DNA of 64,000 nt, from the NCBI GenBank assembly GCA_963787125.1, contig CAWBBV010000012.1, positions 32,001-96,000 of the forward strand. The letters are read 5' to 3'. Below the pieces are notes generated by a model. It was not told the DNA's origin. It saw nothing but the letters and a program-made list of their open reading frames with translations, and searched no databases. The DNA comes from an uncultured delta proteobacterium (GTDB lineage: Bacteria > Desulfobacterota > Desulfuromonadia > Geobacterales > DSM-12255). The translations under genes were made by a program, and so were the position numbers. Positions 40,334 to 53,809 of the stretch are shown in pieces; the first letter of the stretch is position 1, and every line of letters starts with the position of its first letter.

Positions 40334-40540
40334 GTGAAAATAACTTATGTTGTACGAGAATCAGAAAACATGGTTTTTAATAACGAAGGTAAAGCCTTTG
40401 ACGCGAGAGCATTAACTGACGCAAAGCGCCGGGCAATCCGTAAGCAGTTCTATCAAGGTTCTAATCTAAGACTCGAAGATGAGAACGGCAAGGTTGTCAG
40501 CATTAAGCGCGACGGTCACAAATGGGAAGATGTACAATAA
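40334..40540 (+). CDS. small hypothetical protein
   Basis: 68-aa ORF with RBS AGGAGG and GTG start. Confidence 0.65.
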   Translation: MKITYVVRESENMVFNNEGKAFDARALTDAKRRAIRKQFYQGSNLRLEDENGKVVSIKRDGHKWEDVQ

Positions 40541-40652
40541 CATTATCGCATCTAAAAACTTTCTTCAGCCTCTCAGCCAAGATTTTATCTGGATTATTTG
40601 AGCGAATGTTGTATATTTCAAAAAAGTATTCCACATGTGTGAGAGGATTGTT

Positions 40653-41030
40653 ATGACTGCAGTTAATTCCGCATCAGTTCTGATTGTAGACGATGAATTT
40701 TTCTTCAGAGAAGTCCTTCGCGGCATGCTTGTAAAAGACGGTTTTGCAGTTGTTGCAGAAGCCTCAAATGGTGACGAAGCCGTCCAGAAATATAAAGAGC
40801 ATTCTCCTTCACTGGTGCTTATGGATATATATATGCCGGAAAAGAACGGCATAGAAGCTACCAGAGAAATTATTGCTGTTAATCCTGCAGCCAAAATTCT
40901 TATCTGTAGCGGTACTGGCTATGATGACGATATTAACGCCGCTATTCAGGCCGGTGCCAGCGGTATTATATATAAACCCTTTTATGATGAAGAGGTTATG
41001 GAGACTATCAGAAACATTCTTGCTGTCTGA
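40653..41030 (+). CDS. CheY-like single-domain response regulator
   Basis: IVDDE, LMDIYMP and KPF motifs. Confidence 0.92.
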   Translation: MTAVNSASVLIVDDEFFFREVLRGMLVKDGFAVVAEASNGDEAVQKYKEHSPSLVLMDIYMPEKNGIEATREIIAVNPAAKILICSGTGYDDDINAAIQAGASGIIYKPFYDEEVMETIRNILAV

Positions 41031-41163
41031 TTAACCGGGAACCTCTACTTTTGTTCACTGCTTTAGCCTATTTTAACTTGACTTACTTCCCCTGGTGCTC
41101 TAACTTTTTCTGTTAATCTGTTCCGCCTCGATTCTCTATTTCTATTAACCTACGTTTAAATGA

Positions 41164-42657
<1,494 letters not shown>

Positions 42658-42769
42658 GAGAATATCTAAACCTACCGCGGAAACACAAAGCAGAAATGAA
42701 TAGCGGAAAAATAACTCTTTTCTGATTTTATCCGTGACCAAGCGTCTTTTGGCAGATTTTGGAGTTTTT

Positions 42770-44332
42770 GTGACTACTGACATTCATAAAGAAAAAATAC
42801 TGATCCTTGATTTCGGTTCCCAGTACACTCAGCTAATTGCCAGAAGAGTGCGAGAAGCGCATGTTTATTGTGAACTGCACCCTTTTGACATGGAGTTGGC
42901 CGCGATACGTGCTTTTGATCCGTCCGGGATAATCCTGTCCGGAAGTCCCAATTCTGTTTATGAAGAGGGGGCTCCAGCTGTTGACGAAGAGCTTTTCGAC
43001 CTTGGTATCCCGATCCTTGGCATCTGTTACGGGATGCAGTTGATGAGCCGCCACTTTGGCGGACTCGTCGTTCCTGCCGGTAAACGAGAGTTTGGCCATG
43101 CCGATATTTACAGTTCCGGAGAGCCTGGCCCGCTTTTCGACACCTTTTTTATTGAAGGGAAAAGTCCCGTCTGGATGAGTCATGGCGATCATGTCGAGAA
43201 AGTCCCTGCCGGGTTCGAGGTAGTTGCGTCTTCGGCAAATGCGCCGGTTTGCGCTATTCAGGACCTGTCACGCTCGCTTTATGGTGTTCAATTTCATCCG
43301 GAAGTGAACCATACGCCACGTGGTGAGCTCATTATTGATATATTTGTCAGGAAGGTCTGCGGGTGTAGCGGAAAGTGGACGCCGGGGCAGATAATTGATG
43401 ATGCCGTAACACGTATCAGGAGTCTGGTCGGTTCAGACAGTGTTATTCTTGGTCTGTCAGGCGGGGTTGATTCGTCTGTTGCTGCAGCGTTGATACACCG
43501 GGCAATCGGTGAGCAGCTGACCTGCGTCTTTGTCGATAACGGACTGCTTCGCCTTGGTGAAGGCGATCAGGTAATGGCAACTTTTGCACGTAATCTCGGG
43601 GTCAAGGTTATTCGTGTTGATGCTGAAGAGCGCTTCCTTAACGGTCTTGCCGGTGAAGCCGACCCTGAGAAAAAGCGTAAAATCATCGGCAATCTTTTTG
43701 TGAAGATATTCGAAGAAGAATCAGTAAAAATTGCCGATGCAAAATGGTTGGCCCAGGGGACCATCTACCCTGACGTTATCGAATCAGCTGGAGCAAAAAC
43801 CGGCAAAGCTCATAATATAAAGAGCCATCATAATGTCGGAGGGCTTCCGGAACATATGAAACTGAAACTTCTTGAGCCGCTCAGGGAGCTGTTTAAGGAT
43901 GAAGTGAGGGCTATTGGTGAGGAGCTTGGTTTGCCGCACCAGATGGTCTGGAGGCATCCCTTTCCCGGCCCTGGTCTTGGCGTCAGGATTCTTGGAGAAG
44001 TAAAGAAGGAATATGCAGATATTCTGCGTCATGCCGATGCAATTTACATTGAAGAGCTTTATTCTTCAAGTCATTACGACAAGATCAGCCAGGCTTTTGC
44101 TGTCTTTTTGCCGGTCAAGAGCGTCGGCGTCATGGGTGATGGCAGAACTTATGAGTATGTGGTTGCACTGCGGGCTGTGGAAACAAAGGATTTCATGACA
44201 GCAGGCTGGTATCAAATGCCTTATGAAGATCTCGCCAGGATCAGCGGTCGCATCATTAATGAGGTGAAGGGTATCAATCGAGTGGTCTACGACATATCAA
44301 GCAAACCACCGGCTACCATTGAGTGGGAATAA
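42770..44332 (+). CDS. guaA: GMP synthase
   Basis: DFGSQY, GICYGMQ, SGGVDS and KPPATIEWE motifs. Confidence 0.98.
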   Translation: MTTDIHKEKILILDFGSQYTQLIARRVREAHVYCELHPFDMELAAIRAFDPSGIILSGSPNSVYEEGAPAVDEELFDLGIPILGICYGMQLMSRHFGGLVVPAGKREFGHADIYSSGEPGPLFDTFFIEGKSPVWMSHGDHVEKVPAGFEVVASSANAPVCAIQDLSRSLYGVQFHPEVNHTPRGELIIDIFVRKVCGCSGKWTPGQIIDDAVTRIRSLVGSDSVILGLSGGVDSSVAAALIHRAIGEQLTCVFVDNGLLRLGEGDQVMATFARNLGVKVIRVDAEERFLNGLAGEADPEKKRKIIGNLFVKIFEEESVKIADAKWLAQGTIYPDVIESAGAKTGKAHNIKSHHNVGGLPEHMKLKLLEPLRELFKDEVRAIGEELGLPHQMVWRHPFPGPGLGVRILGEVKKEYADILRHADAIYIEELYSSSHYDKISQAFAVFLPVKSVGVMGDGRTYEYVVALRAVETKDFMTAGWYQMPYEDLARISGRIINEVKGINRVVYDISSKPPATIEWE

Positions 44333-44338
44333 CCGCCG

Positions 44339-44830
44339 ATGTTGAAGTTGGTCCAACTACTGTTATGTCTGGTGGTTATAATATTTCTTCAGGTCTCACT
44401 CCTGCCGACTTATCTTGAAGATTCTTTCAAACCGAATCTGGTAGTAATTCTTGTCTGCTTCCTTGCTCTTCGCGGCGAAAATACACTCGTTGGCGCTGTA
44501 ATAGCCTACTTTTCGGGCCTTATCAACGGAACTTTCAGCGGTCTGTATTTTGGGCTTTCCGGCATAACCTGTCTGCTGCTTTATCTGTTTGTGAGAAAAA
44601 TGTCTGATCAGCTTTATACTGAAAGTAATCATCTTATGGTGGTGGCAGTATTTCTCACAGCACTTGTAGACCCTCTGGTTTCACTTGTCCTGATAACCCT
44701 CCTTTCCAGCGGTTCCGGTATCTACACCTCTATTCTCGCAAATATTATTCCCCAGGCGGTTGCAACCGCTGCTCTGACAGCAGTTATCTTTCCTTCTTAC
44801 GCATTTTTTCAGCGTCGGTTCTTCAGTTGA
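44339..44830 (+). CDS. mreD: rod shape protein MreD
   Basis: Hydrophobic 163-aa protein directly upstream of PBP2. Confidence 0.8.
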   Translation: MLKLVQLLLCLVVIIFLQVSLLPTYLEDSFKPNLVVILVCFLALRGENTLVGAVIAYFSGLINGTFSGLYFGLSGITCLLLYLFVRKMSDQLYTESNHLMVVAVFLTALVDPLVSLVLITLLSSGSGIYTSILANIIPQAVATAALTAVIFPSYAFFQRRFFS

Positions 44831-46713
44831 AAGGGCAGCGATTTATCAGGGGCGGCCATGATCTCGGCAGAAGGCTTTATCTGCTCTCAATCGGCGCTGC
44901 TGTCTTTTTTCTGATTATTTTGAGCCGGCTCTGGTTCCTTCAGTTCATTGATGTAGACCGGCTCAAGGAGATGTCTGAAAACAACAGACTCCGTTTTATT
45001 CCGGTTGCTTCCTCAAGAGGGGCGCTGCTTGACAGAAACGGCAAAGTCATAGTGAATAATACCCCATCCTTCAGTCTGGCAGCTATTCCCAATGAGGTAA
45101 AGGACAGGGATTATCTTCTCGATAGTATTGCAAAAATTTTGAAACTTGATCGTAGTGAATTACTTGCCAAATGGGAAAAAGGGAAGGGGAGAGCAAAGTA
45201 TTTTCCGGTTATTCTAGCGTCCGGTCTGACAAGAGACCAAGTTGAATATTTTGAGGAAAACAGTTTAAGGCTCAGTGGGCTCGAAATCGAAGTAAAACCC
45301 ATCAGAGAGTATCCGGGCGGTACTCTTGCGTCACATCTTATGGGATATATTGCTGAGGTTTCAGAAAAAGAACTGGAAATGCCTGATTATTCAAATTACA
45401 ACCCCGGCGATTATGTCGGTAAGAACGGCATTGAACGCAGTTATGAAAAATTTCTTCACGGCGATGATGGTGGCAGGCAGATTGAAGTTGATGCCAGAGG
45501 TCGCTACCTCCGCACTCTCCGGGAAACACTCCCGGTGCCTGGGCAGAGTCTGGTACTTACCATCGATCTTGAACTACAGAAAGCTACTGAAAAGGCACTT
45601 GGTGACAAGGCTGCCGCAGTGGTTGCAATGGATGTCAATACAGGTGAAATCCTCTCTTTTGCAAGTAATCCAGGCTTTGATCCGGCGCTCTTTACCAAAC
45701 GGATGCCACCGGAACAGTGGAAGGCGTATCTTGAGGACAAGCGTCACCCGCTTGAGAACAAGGCACTCAAAGGGCAGTATCCGCCAGGCTCAACTTTCAA
45801 AGTGATTACGGCACTTGCCGGACTTTCCGAGGGTCTTATTGACGAAAAAACGTCTGTCAACTGTACAGGTGAGTATAAGTTGGGGAATACAACGTTCCGC
45901 TGCTGGAACAAAAAGGGGCATGGTAACGTGAACCTGCGAGGAGCCCTGCGAGAGTCATGTGACGTCTATTTCTATACCCTTGGCGAGCGTCTGGGCGTTG
46001 ACAAAATTGCTTTTTATGCGAAGAAATTCGGTCTAGGTGACCCAATGGGGATAGGAATCGATAACGAGAAGAGCGGTTTCGTCCCCACTGCAGAATGGAA
46101 AGAGAAAAAAACCGGCATCAAATGGTATAGAGGTGAAACTCTGCCGGTTTCTATCGGCCAGGGTTATCTGCTGGCAACGCCGATACAGTTGGCGGCAATG
46201 ACTGCCGGTCTGGCAACTGATGGGAAGATATATCGTCCGCACCTGATAAAGAAAATCCTTGACAGGGACGGGAAGACAGCAAAGGAGTTCTTCCCCGAGT
46301 TGTTGAAGAATATCGACATCAAACCCGAGCACTACCGTCTGGTGAAAGAGGGGCTTTGGGCTGTTGTTAATGAACCTCGCGGAACCGGAGCAGCAGCCCG
46401 TCTCTATGAGGTGAAAGTAGCCGGAAAGACCGGAACTTCGCAGGTTGTGAAAATGAAAGAGAAGCCGGGGGCGGTTGCTTATCAGCATCGCGATCACGCG
46501 CTTTTTGTTGCCTTTGCCCCTTATGACAAACCGGAGATTGCTATTGCTGTAGTTGTTGAGCATGGTGAACATGGCGGTGGGACAGCTGCCCCGGTTGCAG
46601 GTAAAATACTCAGGAAATATTTCGAGGCAAAGGGTGTCATAAAGCGGCCTGTCGTAGATTCTGAGGAAGAGGATGAAGTTGTTGAAGGTCAGGCTTTAGG
46701 AGGTGGTGATTGA
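44827..46713 (+). CDS. mrdA: penicillin-binding protein 2
   Basis: STFK, SCD and KTG motifs. Confidence 0.96.
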   Translation: MKGQRFIRGGHDLGRRLYLLSIGAAVFFLIILSRLWFLQFIDVDRLKEMSENNRLRFIPVASSRGALLDRNGKVIVNNTPSFSLAAIPNEVKDRDYLLDSIAKILKLDRSELLAKWEKGKGRAKYFPVILASGLTRDQVEYFEENSLRLSGLEIEVKPIREYPGGTLASHLMGYIAEVSEKELEMPDYSNYNPGDYVGKNGIERSYEKFLHGDDGGRQIEVDARGRYLRTLRETLPVPGQSLVLTIDLELQKATEKALGDKAAAVVAMDVNTGEILSFASNPGFDPALFTKRMPPEQWKAYLEDKRHPLENKALKGQYPPGSTFKVITALAGLSEGLIDEKTSVNCTGEYKLGNTTFRCWNKKGHGNVNLRGALRESCDVYFYTLGERLGVDKIAFYAKKFGLGDPMGIGIDNEKSGFVPTAEWKEKKTGIKWYRGETLPVSIGQGYLLATPIQLAAMTAGLATDGKIYRPHLIKKILDRDGKTAKEFFPELLKNIDIKPEHYRLVKEGLWAVVNEPRGTGAAARLYEVKVAGKTGTSQVVKMKEKPGAVAYQHRDHALFVAFAPYDKPEIAIAVVVEHGEHGGGTAAPVAGKILRKYFEAKGVIKRPVVDSEEEDEVVEGQALGGGD

Positions 46714-47810
46714 TCGACAGAAGGCTTTTGACAAACTTTGACTGGAAAATACTCCTGCTGATTATTACCATAGCCGCTGTGGGGATTTTAAATATTCACA
46801 GCGCATCTGCTTCTTTCAAACTGGTTGGAATTATGTACTCCCTCAAGCAGTTCTACTGGCTCCTGATCGGGCTCTTTCTGATAACAGTAATATGCAGCAT
46901 TGACTATCATGTTTTGGAGGATCTTTCCTACTGGTTTTACGGCACGCTTCTGTTCTTCCTGATTCTTGTCCTTGCTGTTGGCAAAACATCAATGGGTGCG
47001 CAAAGATGGCTCAATCTCGGGTTTTTTCACATGCAGCCGTCTGAACCGATGAAAATTGTTATTACCGTTACTTTTGCCAGTTTTTTTACCAGGAATCAGG
47101 CTGCCGGACTTTTGGGACTAAAGGATATTGTCAAACCTTTAATGCTTTTGTTGGTACCGGCACTCCTTATTGCCAAACAGCCTGATCTCGGCACCGCAAT
47201 CATGGTCTGTTTGGTAGCAGCAAGCATTACCCTGGCTGTCGGAATCAGGTGGAGCACTTTGGTGACTTTAATTCTTAGCGCAATTCCAACAATATATATT
47301 GCCTGGAACTATATCTTGCGCAGTTATCAGAAAAACAGAGTTCTTAACTTTCTTGATCCTGAACGCGATCCTTTAAAAAGCGGCTATCACCTGATACAAA
47401 GCAAAATAGCTGTCGGGTCAGGTGGATTGGCAGGCAAAGGTTTCATGCATGGAACACAGTCACAGCTCCGTTTTCTGCCTGAGCAGCATACCGATTTCGC
47501 TTTTTCGGTTTTTTCAGAAGAGTGGGGTTTTATTGGTTCGATACTTGTACTTGTACTCTATTTCGCACTCATCATCTGGGGAATGCAGGTCGCAAACAGA
47601 TGTAATGATCGTTTTGGGACACTGCTTGCGGTAGGAATAACTGCCATGCTGTTTTGGCATATTATCATCAACATTGGCATGGTGATCGGTCTTTTCCCGG
47701 TAGTCGGGGTGCCGTTACCATTCTTTTCTTATGGCGGAACATCCATGATTACTTCCATGATCGGGGCGGGGATACTGCTCAATATAAGCATGCGAAAATT
47801 TATGTTTTAA
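46710..47810 (+). CDS. rodA: rod shape protein RodA
   Basis: QPSE, QPDLG, PEQHTDF and SYGGTS motifs. Confidence 0.96.
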   Translation: MIDRRLLTNFDWKILLLIITIAAVGILNIHSASASFKLVGIMYSLKQFYWLLIGLFLITVICSIDYHVLEDLSYWFYGTLLFFLILVLAVGKTSMGAQRWLNLGFFHMQPSEPMKIVITVTFASFFTRNQAAGLLGLKDIVKPLMLLLVPALLIAKQPDLGTAIMVCLVAASITLAVGIRWSTLVTLILSAIPTIYIAWNYILRSYQKNRVLNFLDPERDPLKSGYHLIQSKIAVGSGGLAGKGFMHGTQSQLRFLPEQHTDFAFSVFSEEWGFIGSILVLVLYFALIIWGMQVANRCNDRFGTLLAVGITAMLFWHIIINIGMVIGLFPVVGVPLPFFSYGGTSMITSMIGAGILLNISMRKFMF

Positions 47811-48528
47811 AGTTGTTCCCCGCAAACCAGTTGAGCCAGTCAAAACCTTCAAAATCAATCAGCAGTGCAGTTGGGATGAATGTATCCAGCTCATAGACAA
47901 TCTCGCCGAGAAGCTCCTTGGTAAAATATCTGCCAAGAGCTGTCTCTTCATGCAGTAGCCTGTCAAACGGCCCGCGGAGACTCTCCTCAAGCAACGGGTC
48001 AGTGCCGGTAAAATTCTCACTACACCACTCTTCCTCCATAACTTCACCTGAAACGTCTATTAACGGCAGTCCGTGCAGTCGGCATGTCATAGGCCGATAA
48101 TCGTATAGCAGACATCTTCCGTCATTATCAAGAAGCACGCACGGAGTATTGTTATCAGAGTCCATCAGCGCTTCCATTGCTTCTTCCGAGCGGTGATTGA
48201 GTGTGAAAGGATGATCGAATTCCGGCCAGATTGATTGTATAACCCGCAATAGCTCTTTAACTTTGGCGCTGACCTTGTCTTTGACCTCATTACTGAGACG
48301 GTCGAAGCCGGTTTTAAGCAGGGCAGCATCAAGTAACGTAATATCAAAAAGGCCACGGCAGCAGGCACTACAGCCTTTTGCACAGACTATCATGTCAGGA
48401 TGAAGCTGCTGGCAGTGGCTGAACCAGACGTCAATTTCCCGGAGGAGATGTGAGTATTTTTGGAGGCTGCCGGTTGTCGCTGAGCGAGGCAGTTGCTCCA
48501 GCACTATCGATATGGCTTCATCGGTCAT
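47800..48528 (-). CDS. YkgJ-family CxxCxxCC cysteine-cluster protein
   Basis: CAKGCSACC, CLLYDYRPMTCR. Confidence 0.85.
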   Translation of the reverse strand: MTDEAISIVLEQLPRSATTGSLQKYSHLLREIDVWFSHCQQLHPDMIVCAKGCSACCRGLFDITLLDAALLKTGFDRLSNEVKDKVSAKVKELLRVIQSIWPEFDHPFTLNHRSEEAMEALMDSDNNTPCVLLDNDGRCLLYDYRPMTCRLHGLPLIDVSGEVMEEEWCSENFTGTDPLLEESLRGPFDRLLHEETALGRYFTKELLGEIVYELDTFIPTALLIDFEGFDWLNWFAGNNFKT

Positions 48529-48754
48529 TTATTTTACTAATCCTTGTTTCATTTTAATTCAGGGTAAATTAATAGGCGGTGATGACAAAACACTGTCAAT
48601 TGAACAAGAATACACTCATTCTCCTTTAAAACCAACACAGACAATCATGAATAGAATTGTGATAGCCTGCCATCGGAGAATCTGGTAAAAGGATTCTCTG
48701 CCGTGGGAAGAGGTTGTACGCCTTTTTTACTTAAGGAGATTAAAGGGAAAGCGA

Positions 48755-49951
48755 ATGCTCAATATCGAAGAAGCTCAGGAACTGATACTCCGGCATATTA
48801 ACCCTCTTGACAGTGAGCAACTACATGTAACCAAATCATTGAGAAGGGTGGTCTCTTGCGATATTTATGCTCCTGAAGATATTCCAAATGCAGCTGTTTC
48901 ATCAATGGATGGTTACTGCTTTGCATCTGCAGCTCAGCGAGATCGTCATCTGACCGTCATCGACTTTCTACCAGCAGGTAAAGAGCGGACTACTCCCGTT
49001 ATGAACGGTGATGCAGTTAGAATTATGACTGGTGCACCAATTCCGGTCGGCTGCGACACGGTGATCCCGTTTGAGGATGTTGTGACAACATGCAGAGGTA
49101 TTACCCTGAATAGTGAACTGCCTATCGGAGCAAATATCAGGATAAAAGGGGCTGATGTCAAGTCAAGTGAGCGCGTAATTGAGGCAGGTACGCTCATTTC
49201 TCCGCAAGCAATCGGCTTGCTTGTCTCCATCGGGAAGACTGAAGTTCCTGTTAACAGGAAACCGAGAGTCGCAATTATTGCCACCGGTGATGAAGTTGCG
49301 CCGCTCGGTTCTATTTTGTCTCCCGGGCAGGTTGTCAATAGTAACAGTTATGCTATCGCGGCCCAGGTCGAAGAGGCTGGAGGCATCCCTTTAATTCTGG
49401 GTATTGCCCATGACAGTATGGAGGAATTGTGTGAAATGTTACTTCTTGGGGTTGCTGCTGACCTGATCATAACTACAGGCGGAGCATCCGTCGGTGACCG
49501 CGATTATGTCAAGAATGCAATCTGTTCCTTGGATGGGGAGATCAAATTCTGGAAAGTGAAAATGAAGCCGGGTAAGCCGGTGGCGTTCGGTTTAGTCAGG
49601 AATGTGCCGATTTTAGTGCTTCCGGGTAATCCGGTGTCAGCAATGGTCGGTTTCGAGATGTTTGCACGTCTGGCAATACTTAAAATGACAGGAATCAAGG
49701 ATCTGAATAGAACAGAAATCATTGCAGTCACGACTGAGCTGTTAAGCAACCCTGGAGACAGGACACTCATTGTTTTTGTAAATATTGAATTCAATAGTAC
49801 GGGGGTATCTGTATCGAAGCCAGAGAGACAGAGTTCGACTTGCTATTTGGCAATGACTCAGAGTAACGGGTTTTGCAGGCTAAGACCGGGAGCCTTATTT
49901 TTGCCTGGTGATAAGATTCAAGCGTATTTTACTGACAGTCTTTTTTGTTGA
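48755..49951 (+). CDS. moeA: molybdopterin molybdotransferase
   Basis: SSMDGY, IMTGAP, TGDE, KPGKP and LPGNP motifs. Confidence 0.93.
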   Translation: MLNIEEAQELILRHINPLDSEQLHVTKSLRRVVSCDIYAPEDIPNAAVSSMDGYCFASAAQRDRHLTVIDFLPAGKERTTPVMNGDAVRIMTGAPIPVGCDTVIPFEDVVTTCRGITLNSELPIGANIRIKGADVKSSERVIEAGTLISPQAIGLLVSIGKTEVPVNRKPRVAIIATGDEVAPLGSILSPGQVVNSNSYAIAAQVEEAGGIPLILGIAHDSMEELCEMLLLGVAADLIITTGGASVGDRDYVKNAICSLDGEIKFWKVKMKPGKPVAFGLVRNVPILVLPGNPVSAMVGFEMFARLAILKMTGIKDLNRTEIIAVTTELLSNPGDRTLIVFVNIEFNSTGVSVSKPERQSSTCYLAMTQSNGFCRLRPGALFLPGDKIQAYFTDSLFC

Positions 49952-50081
49952 AATACTGCTGTTATGTTACACTGGCTACAGAATTAACCTCGGCTAAAAA
50001 GCCTGTTTTTCTATTGCCGCCAAGGTTGATAGGTGCTATTTAAACAGTCACTATTTTTCAGCACTAAAGAAGGGGTTTTAC

Positions 50082-51195
50082 ATGTTCAGGGATGAAATAG
50101 CAAAAGTAGAAGAGCTCTCAGAGAGGATTTCCAAGCTTCGGGGGTCTCTTTGACATTGATCGTAAGCGAGAGGATATCCAGGAGATTGAATCTCGCATCG
50201 CAGTTCAGAATTTTTGGGATGACAATGAGACAGCGCAAATTGTTCTCCGTGAAAGAACTGTAATTGAGAAGGTTTTGGAGAGTTGGGATCGTCTGGTAAG
50301 GCTGTCTGAAGATGTTAAGGTACTGATAGAGTTGGGCAGTGAGGTTGAGGACGAGGCTTCACTTCAGGAAGCTCACGAGCTCAATGAAGAACTTGAAAAA
50401 GGCGTTGCCGCCGCAGAGTTTCAGAGGATGCTTTCCGGGCCACATGATCGCAGTTTCTGCTACTTCTCCATAAACTCCGGTGCAGGTGGAACTGAGTCGC
50501 AGGATTGGGCAGAGATGCTGCTGCGAATGTATCTGCGTTATTGCGAACGTAAAGGCTGGAAAACAGAAATTACTGAATATCAGCCTGGTGATGAAGCCGG
50601 AATGAAGAGTTGTACTTTTTCTGTTGCAGGTGAATACGCCTACGGGTATCTAAAAGCTGAAGCCGGTATTCATCGTCTTGTCAGAATCTCACCGTTTGAC
50701 AGTAATGCCCGCCGCCACACTTCTTTTGCTTCAGTTTTTGCCTTTCCAGAAATTACCGATGATATTGATGTGAAGATTGTCGAGTCTGATCTCAGAGTCG
50801 ACACTTTCCGCTCGTCAGGAGCCGGCGGTCAGCATGTAAATACTACCGACTCTGCGGTGAGGATCACTCATATGCCTACCGGTATCGTCGTTGCGTGTCA
50901 AAGCGAGCGAAGCCAGCATATGAACAAGGCTGCAGCCATGAAAGTGTTGCGCTCAAAGCTTTATGAAAAAGAGGTTCAAGAGCGTGAAGCCAAGGCTGCC
51001 GAGTTTTCTGCTGACAAAAAAGAGATAGGGTGGGGAAGTCAAATCCGCTCTTACGTACTTCATCCTTACAAGATGGTCAAGGATTTGCGTACCGGTGTTG
51101 AAACCGGTAATCCTGATGCTGTCCTTGATGGTGAGCTTGAAGATTTCATTGTAGCCTTCCTTATGGGTGTCAGAAGGAGTGTTGCTGATGAATAG
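50082..51195 (+). CDS. prfB: peptide chain release factor 2, programmed +1 frameshift
   Basis: ATG 50082, GGGGG-TCT-CTT-TGA-C at 50140-50154; SPF and GGQ motifs in the +1 frame. Confidence 0.97.
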
Positions 51196-51976
51196 CGCTC
51201 TGCGCCTCATTGCAATTTCGTCAATAGCGGTGATAACTCTTCTTGTTGAATCAGGCTGTGCGACGCAACTAAAGACGGTTTCCGGCGTAAGCCGTCTGGG
51301 GTACTCAATCCAGGTAGGCGCCTTCTCGGAAGTTAAAAATGCAGAGCGGTTAACCGTGAAACTTCAGGCAAAGGGGATTGAGGCATTCTATTTCCGCAAG
51401 GACAACGGCATTTATGTTGTAAGGTTCGGTGATTACTCTGTTAAGAATAAAGCGAAAACTGTAGCTGAAAAACTGGTTGCGGAAAAGCTGGTCGAAAGTT
51501 ATTTTATTGCTTCACCTGATGCAGTATTCAGTAAGGCAGTAAAAGCTGATACTGAGGGATCCTCTGCGAAACCGACCCAGCAGAAACGAACTACTGCTTC
51601 GAGAGATATGGGTTCTGTTGCGGCCAGGACTGCCGAACGTTTTGTAGGTATTCCTTACCGCTGGGGCGGCGAAAATGTTGTTGATGGCATGGATTGTAGT
51701 GGCTTTGTACGAGCTGTTTATAATCTTTGTGGGATAAATATCCCCAGAACATCTGCGGAGCAGTTCAGGACCGGTGATAAGGTTAACAGGGAAGAGCTCG
51801 TTGACGGTGACATCGTCTTTTTTGGTGTTTCTTCTGATAAAATAAATCATGTCGGTATTTATGTCGGGAATGGGCGTTTCGTCCATGCCCCAAGACGTGG
51901 TGATGAAATTAAAATTTCAGCTCTTAATGAGAAGTACTTTGTTGAGCGTTTTGTCGGTGCAAAGAGATATTTTTAG
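51188..51976 (+). CDS. SPOR + NlpC/P60 peptidoglycan hydrolase lipoprotein
   Basis: YSIQVGAF, PYRWGG..DCSG, HVGIY. Confidence 0.92.
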   Translation: MNSALRLIAISSIAVITLLVESGCATQLKTVSGVSRLGYSIQVGAFSEVKNAERLTVKLQAKGIEAFYFRKDNGIYVVRFGDYSVKNKAKTVAEKLVAEKLVESYFIASPDAVFSKAVKADTEGSSAKPTQQKRTTASRDMGSVAARTAERFVGIPYRWGGENVVDGMDCSGFVRAVYNLCGINIPRTSAEQFRTGDKVNREELVDGDIVFFGVSSDKINHVGIYVGNGRFVHAPRRGDEIKISALNEKYFVERFVGAKRYF

Positions 51977-52058
51977 TAAGTTGAGTGAAAAAGTCGTTGA
52001 GCTGGTAAAGTGTTGAAACTTGACCAACACGACATAGTCACAATTAATGAGGTGAGCA

Positions 52059-53300
52059 ATGGCTATAATCAAACCTTTCCGGGCGCTTCGCCCTCCTGTT
52101 AATATTGCTGAAAGAGTTGCCGCTCTTCCCTATGATGTCATGAATACGGCAGAGGCGAGAGAGATGGCTGCAGAAAACGAGTACAGTTTTCTCCATATTT
52201 CGCGTCCTGAAATAGATCTTCCGCCGGATGTAGATGCCCATTCAGAGCCTGTTTATCTGAAAGGCAGTGAAAATCTTTCCAGTTTTATTGCTAAAGGTGT
52301 CCTTATTCAGGATAAAGCAGATTGTTACTATGTTTACCGGCAGAAGATGGGAACCGTGATCCAGACAGGTCTTGTTGTCTGCGCAGGAGTGGATGATTAC
52401 CAGCAGGGGATAATTAAAAAACACGAACTTACCAGGGCAGACAAGGAAGAGGACAGAATTAATCATATTGATGTTCTTGACGCAAATGATGAGCCGGTTT
52501 TCTATACATTTCGTCATGACCAATTCATTGATCAACTGCTTAACACAGTGACGGAAAACAGGCCTGAGTACGATTTCAAGACAGACGATGAAGTCAGCCA
52601 TACTCTCTGGGTCGTCTCTGATCCAGGAATGATCGATTCTTTTACAACTGCTTTTGCTGCAATTCCTTCACTGTATGTTGCTGACGGTCATCACAGAAGT
52701 GCTGCTGCCAGCCGTGTTAGTGAAATAAGGAAGATGGCCAATGCGCAACATACAGGCATGGAAGAGTACAATTTTTTTCTCACGGTGATTTTTCCTGATA
52801 CAGAATTGAATATCATGCCTTACAATCGGGCGGTTAAGGACCTTAATGGCCATACAATCGCTGAATTCATGACTCTGATAAGCCGCTGTTTTGAGATTAC
52901 ACCTCTTCACTGCCGACCAATCATTGGAGAGTGTCATAATTTTGGTATGTATCTGGCCGGACGCTGGTATCAGCTCGTTGCAAGAGAAGAATCATTCGAT
53001 CTTTCTGACCCGGTCGGGTGTCTTGATATCTCAATTTTACAAAACAATCTTTTAAGTCCTATCCTCGGGATTAGAAACCCAAGGACAGATCAAAGGATTC
53101 ACTTTGTTGGGGGTATACGGGGAAACGGAGAGCTTGAGCGGCTTGTTGAGAGTGGTGAATTTGAAGTTGCTTTTGCACTTTTCCATACAACAATTGATGA
53201 GCTGATGGCCCTCGCTGATGCTGACAAGATTATGCCGCCAAAATCTACCTGGTTCGAACCAAAACTACGGTCTGGACTGTTCGTTCACTTGCTTTCTTAA
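52059..53300 (+). CDS. DUF1015 family protein
   Basis: LPYDV, ADGHHR and [11 protein letters not shown] motifs. Confidence 0.9.
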   Translation: MAIIKPFRALRPPVNIAERVAALPYDVMNTAEAREMAAENEYSFLHISRPEIDLPPDVDAHSEPVYLKGSENLSSFIAKGVLIQDKADCYYVYRQKMGTVIQTGLVVCAGVDDYQQGIIKKHELTRADKEEDRINHIDVLDANDEPVFYTFRHDQFIDQLLNTVTENRPEYDFKTDDEVSHTLWVVSDPGMIDSFTTAFAAIPSLYVADGHHRSAAASRVSEIRKMANAQHTGMEEYNFFLTVIFPDTELNIMPYNRAVKDLNGHTIAEFMTLISRCFEITPLHCRPIIGECHNFGMYLAGRWYQLVAREESFDLSDPVGCLDISILQNNLLSPILGIRNPRTDQRIHFVGGIRGNGELERLVESGEFEVAFALFHTTIDELMALADADKIMPPKSTWFEPKLRSGLFVHLLS

Positions 53301-53331
53301 AGCAATAATTTCACTGATAAGGGATGGTCTG

Positions 53332-53805
53332 ATGCGTGGAGTAGAAAAGATACTTATCTGTTTTCTTATTGTTGCGGCAACTATGATTTTTGCCTGTTCC
53401 CAAAAGGAATCTCCCGCTCCCGATACTAAAAAAGATGGAGATAGCAAGATGACTCAAACAGACAAAATGGTGAAAACATCTTCCGGATTACTGTACGAAG
53501 ATTTAGTTGCCGGTAGTGGCGCATCACCTGCTCCGGGAAAAAAGGTAACTGTTCACTATACTGGCTGGCTAACTGACGGAAAAAAGTTTGACAGTTCGAT
53601 TGACCGTAATGAACCGTTTATTTTTCAAATAGGCGCCGGTCAGGTAATTCCCGGTTGGGATGAAGGTGTCATGAGCATGAAGATCGGTGGTAAGCGAAAA
53701 CTGGTCATTCCAGCCAATCTTGGCTATGGTGCTGCAGGCGCTGGAGGAGTCATCCCAGCCAATGCAACTCTTGTGTTCGAAGTCATTCTGCTGGATATCC
53801 GCTGA
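53332..53805 (+). CDS. FKBP-type peptidyl-prolyl isomerase
   Basis: [20 protein letters not shown]. Confidence 0.93.
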   Translation: MRGVEKILICFLIVAATMIFACSQKESPAPDTKKDGDSKMTQTDKMVKTSSGLLYEDLVAGSGASPAPGKKVTVHYTGWLTDGKKFDSSIDRNEPFIFQIGAGQVIPGWDEGVMSMKIGGKRKLVIPANLGYGAAGAGGVIPANATLVFEVILLDIR

Positions 53806-53809
53806 TTTC

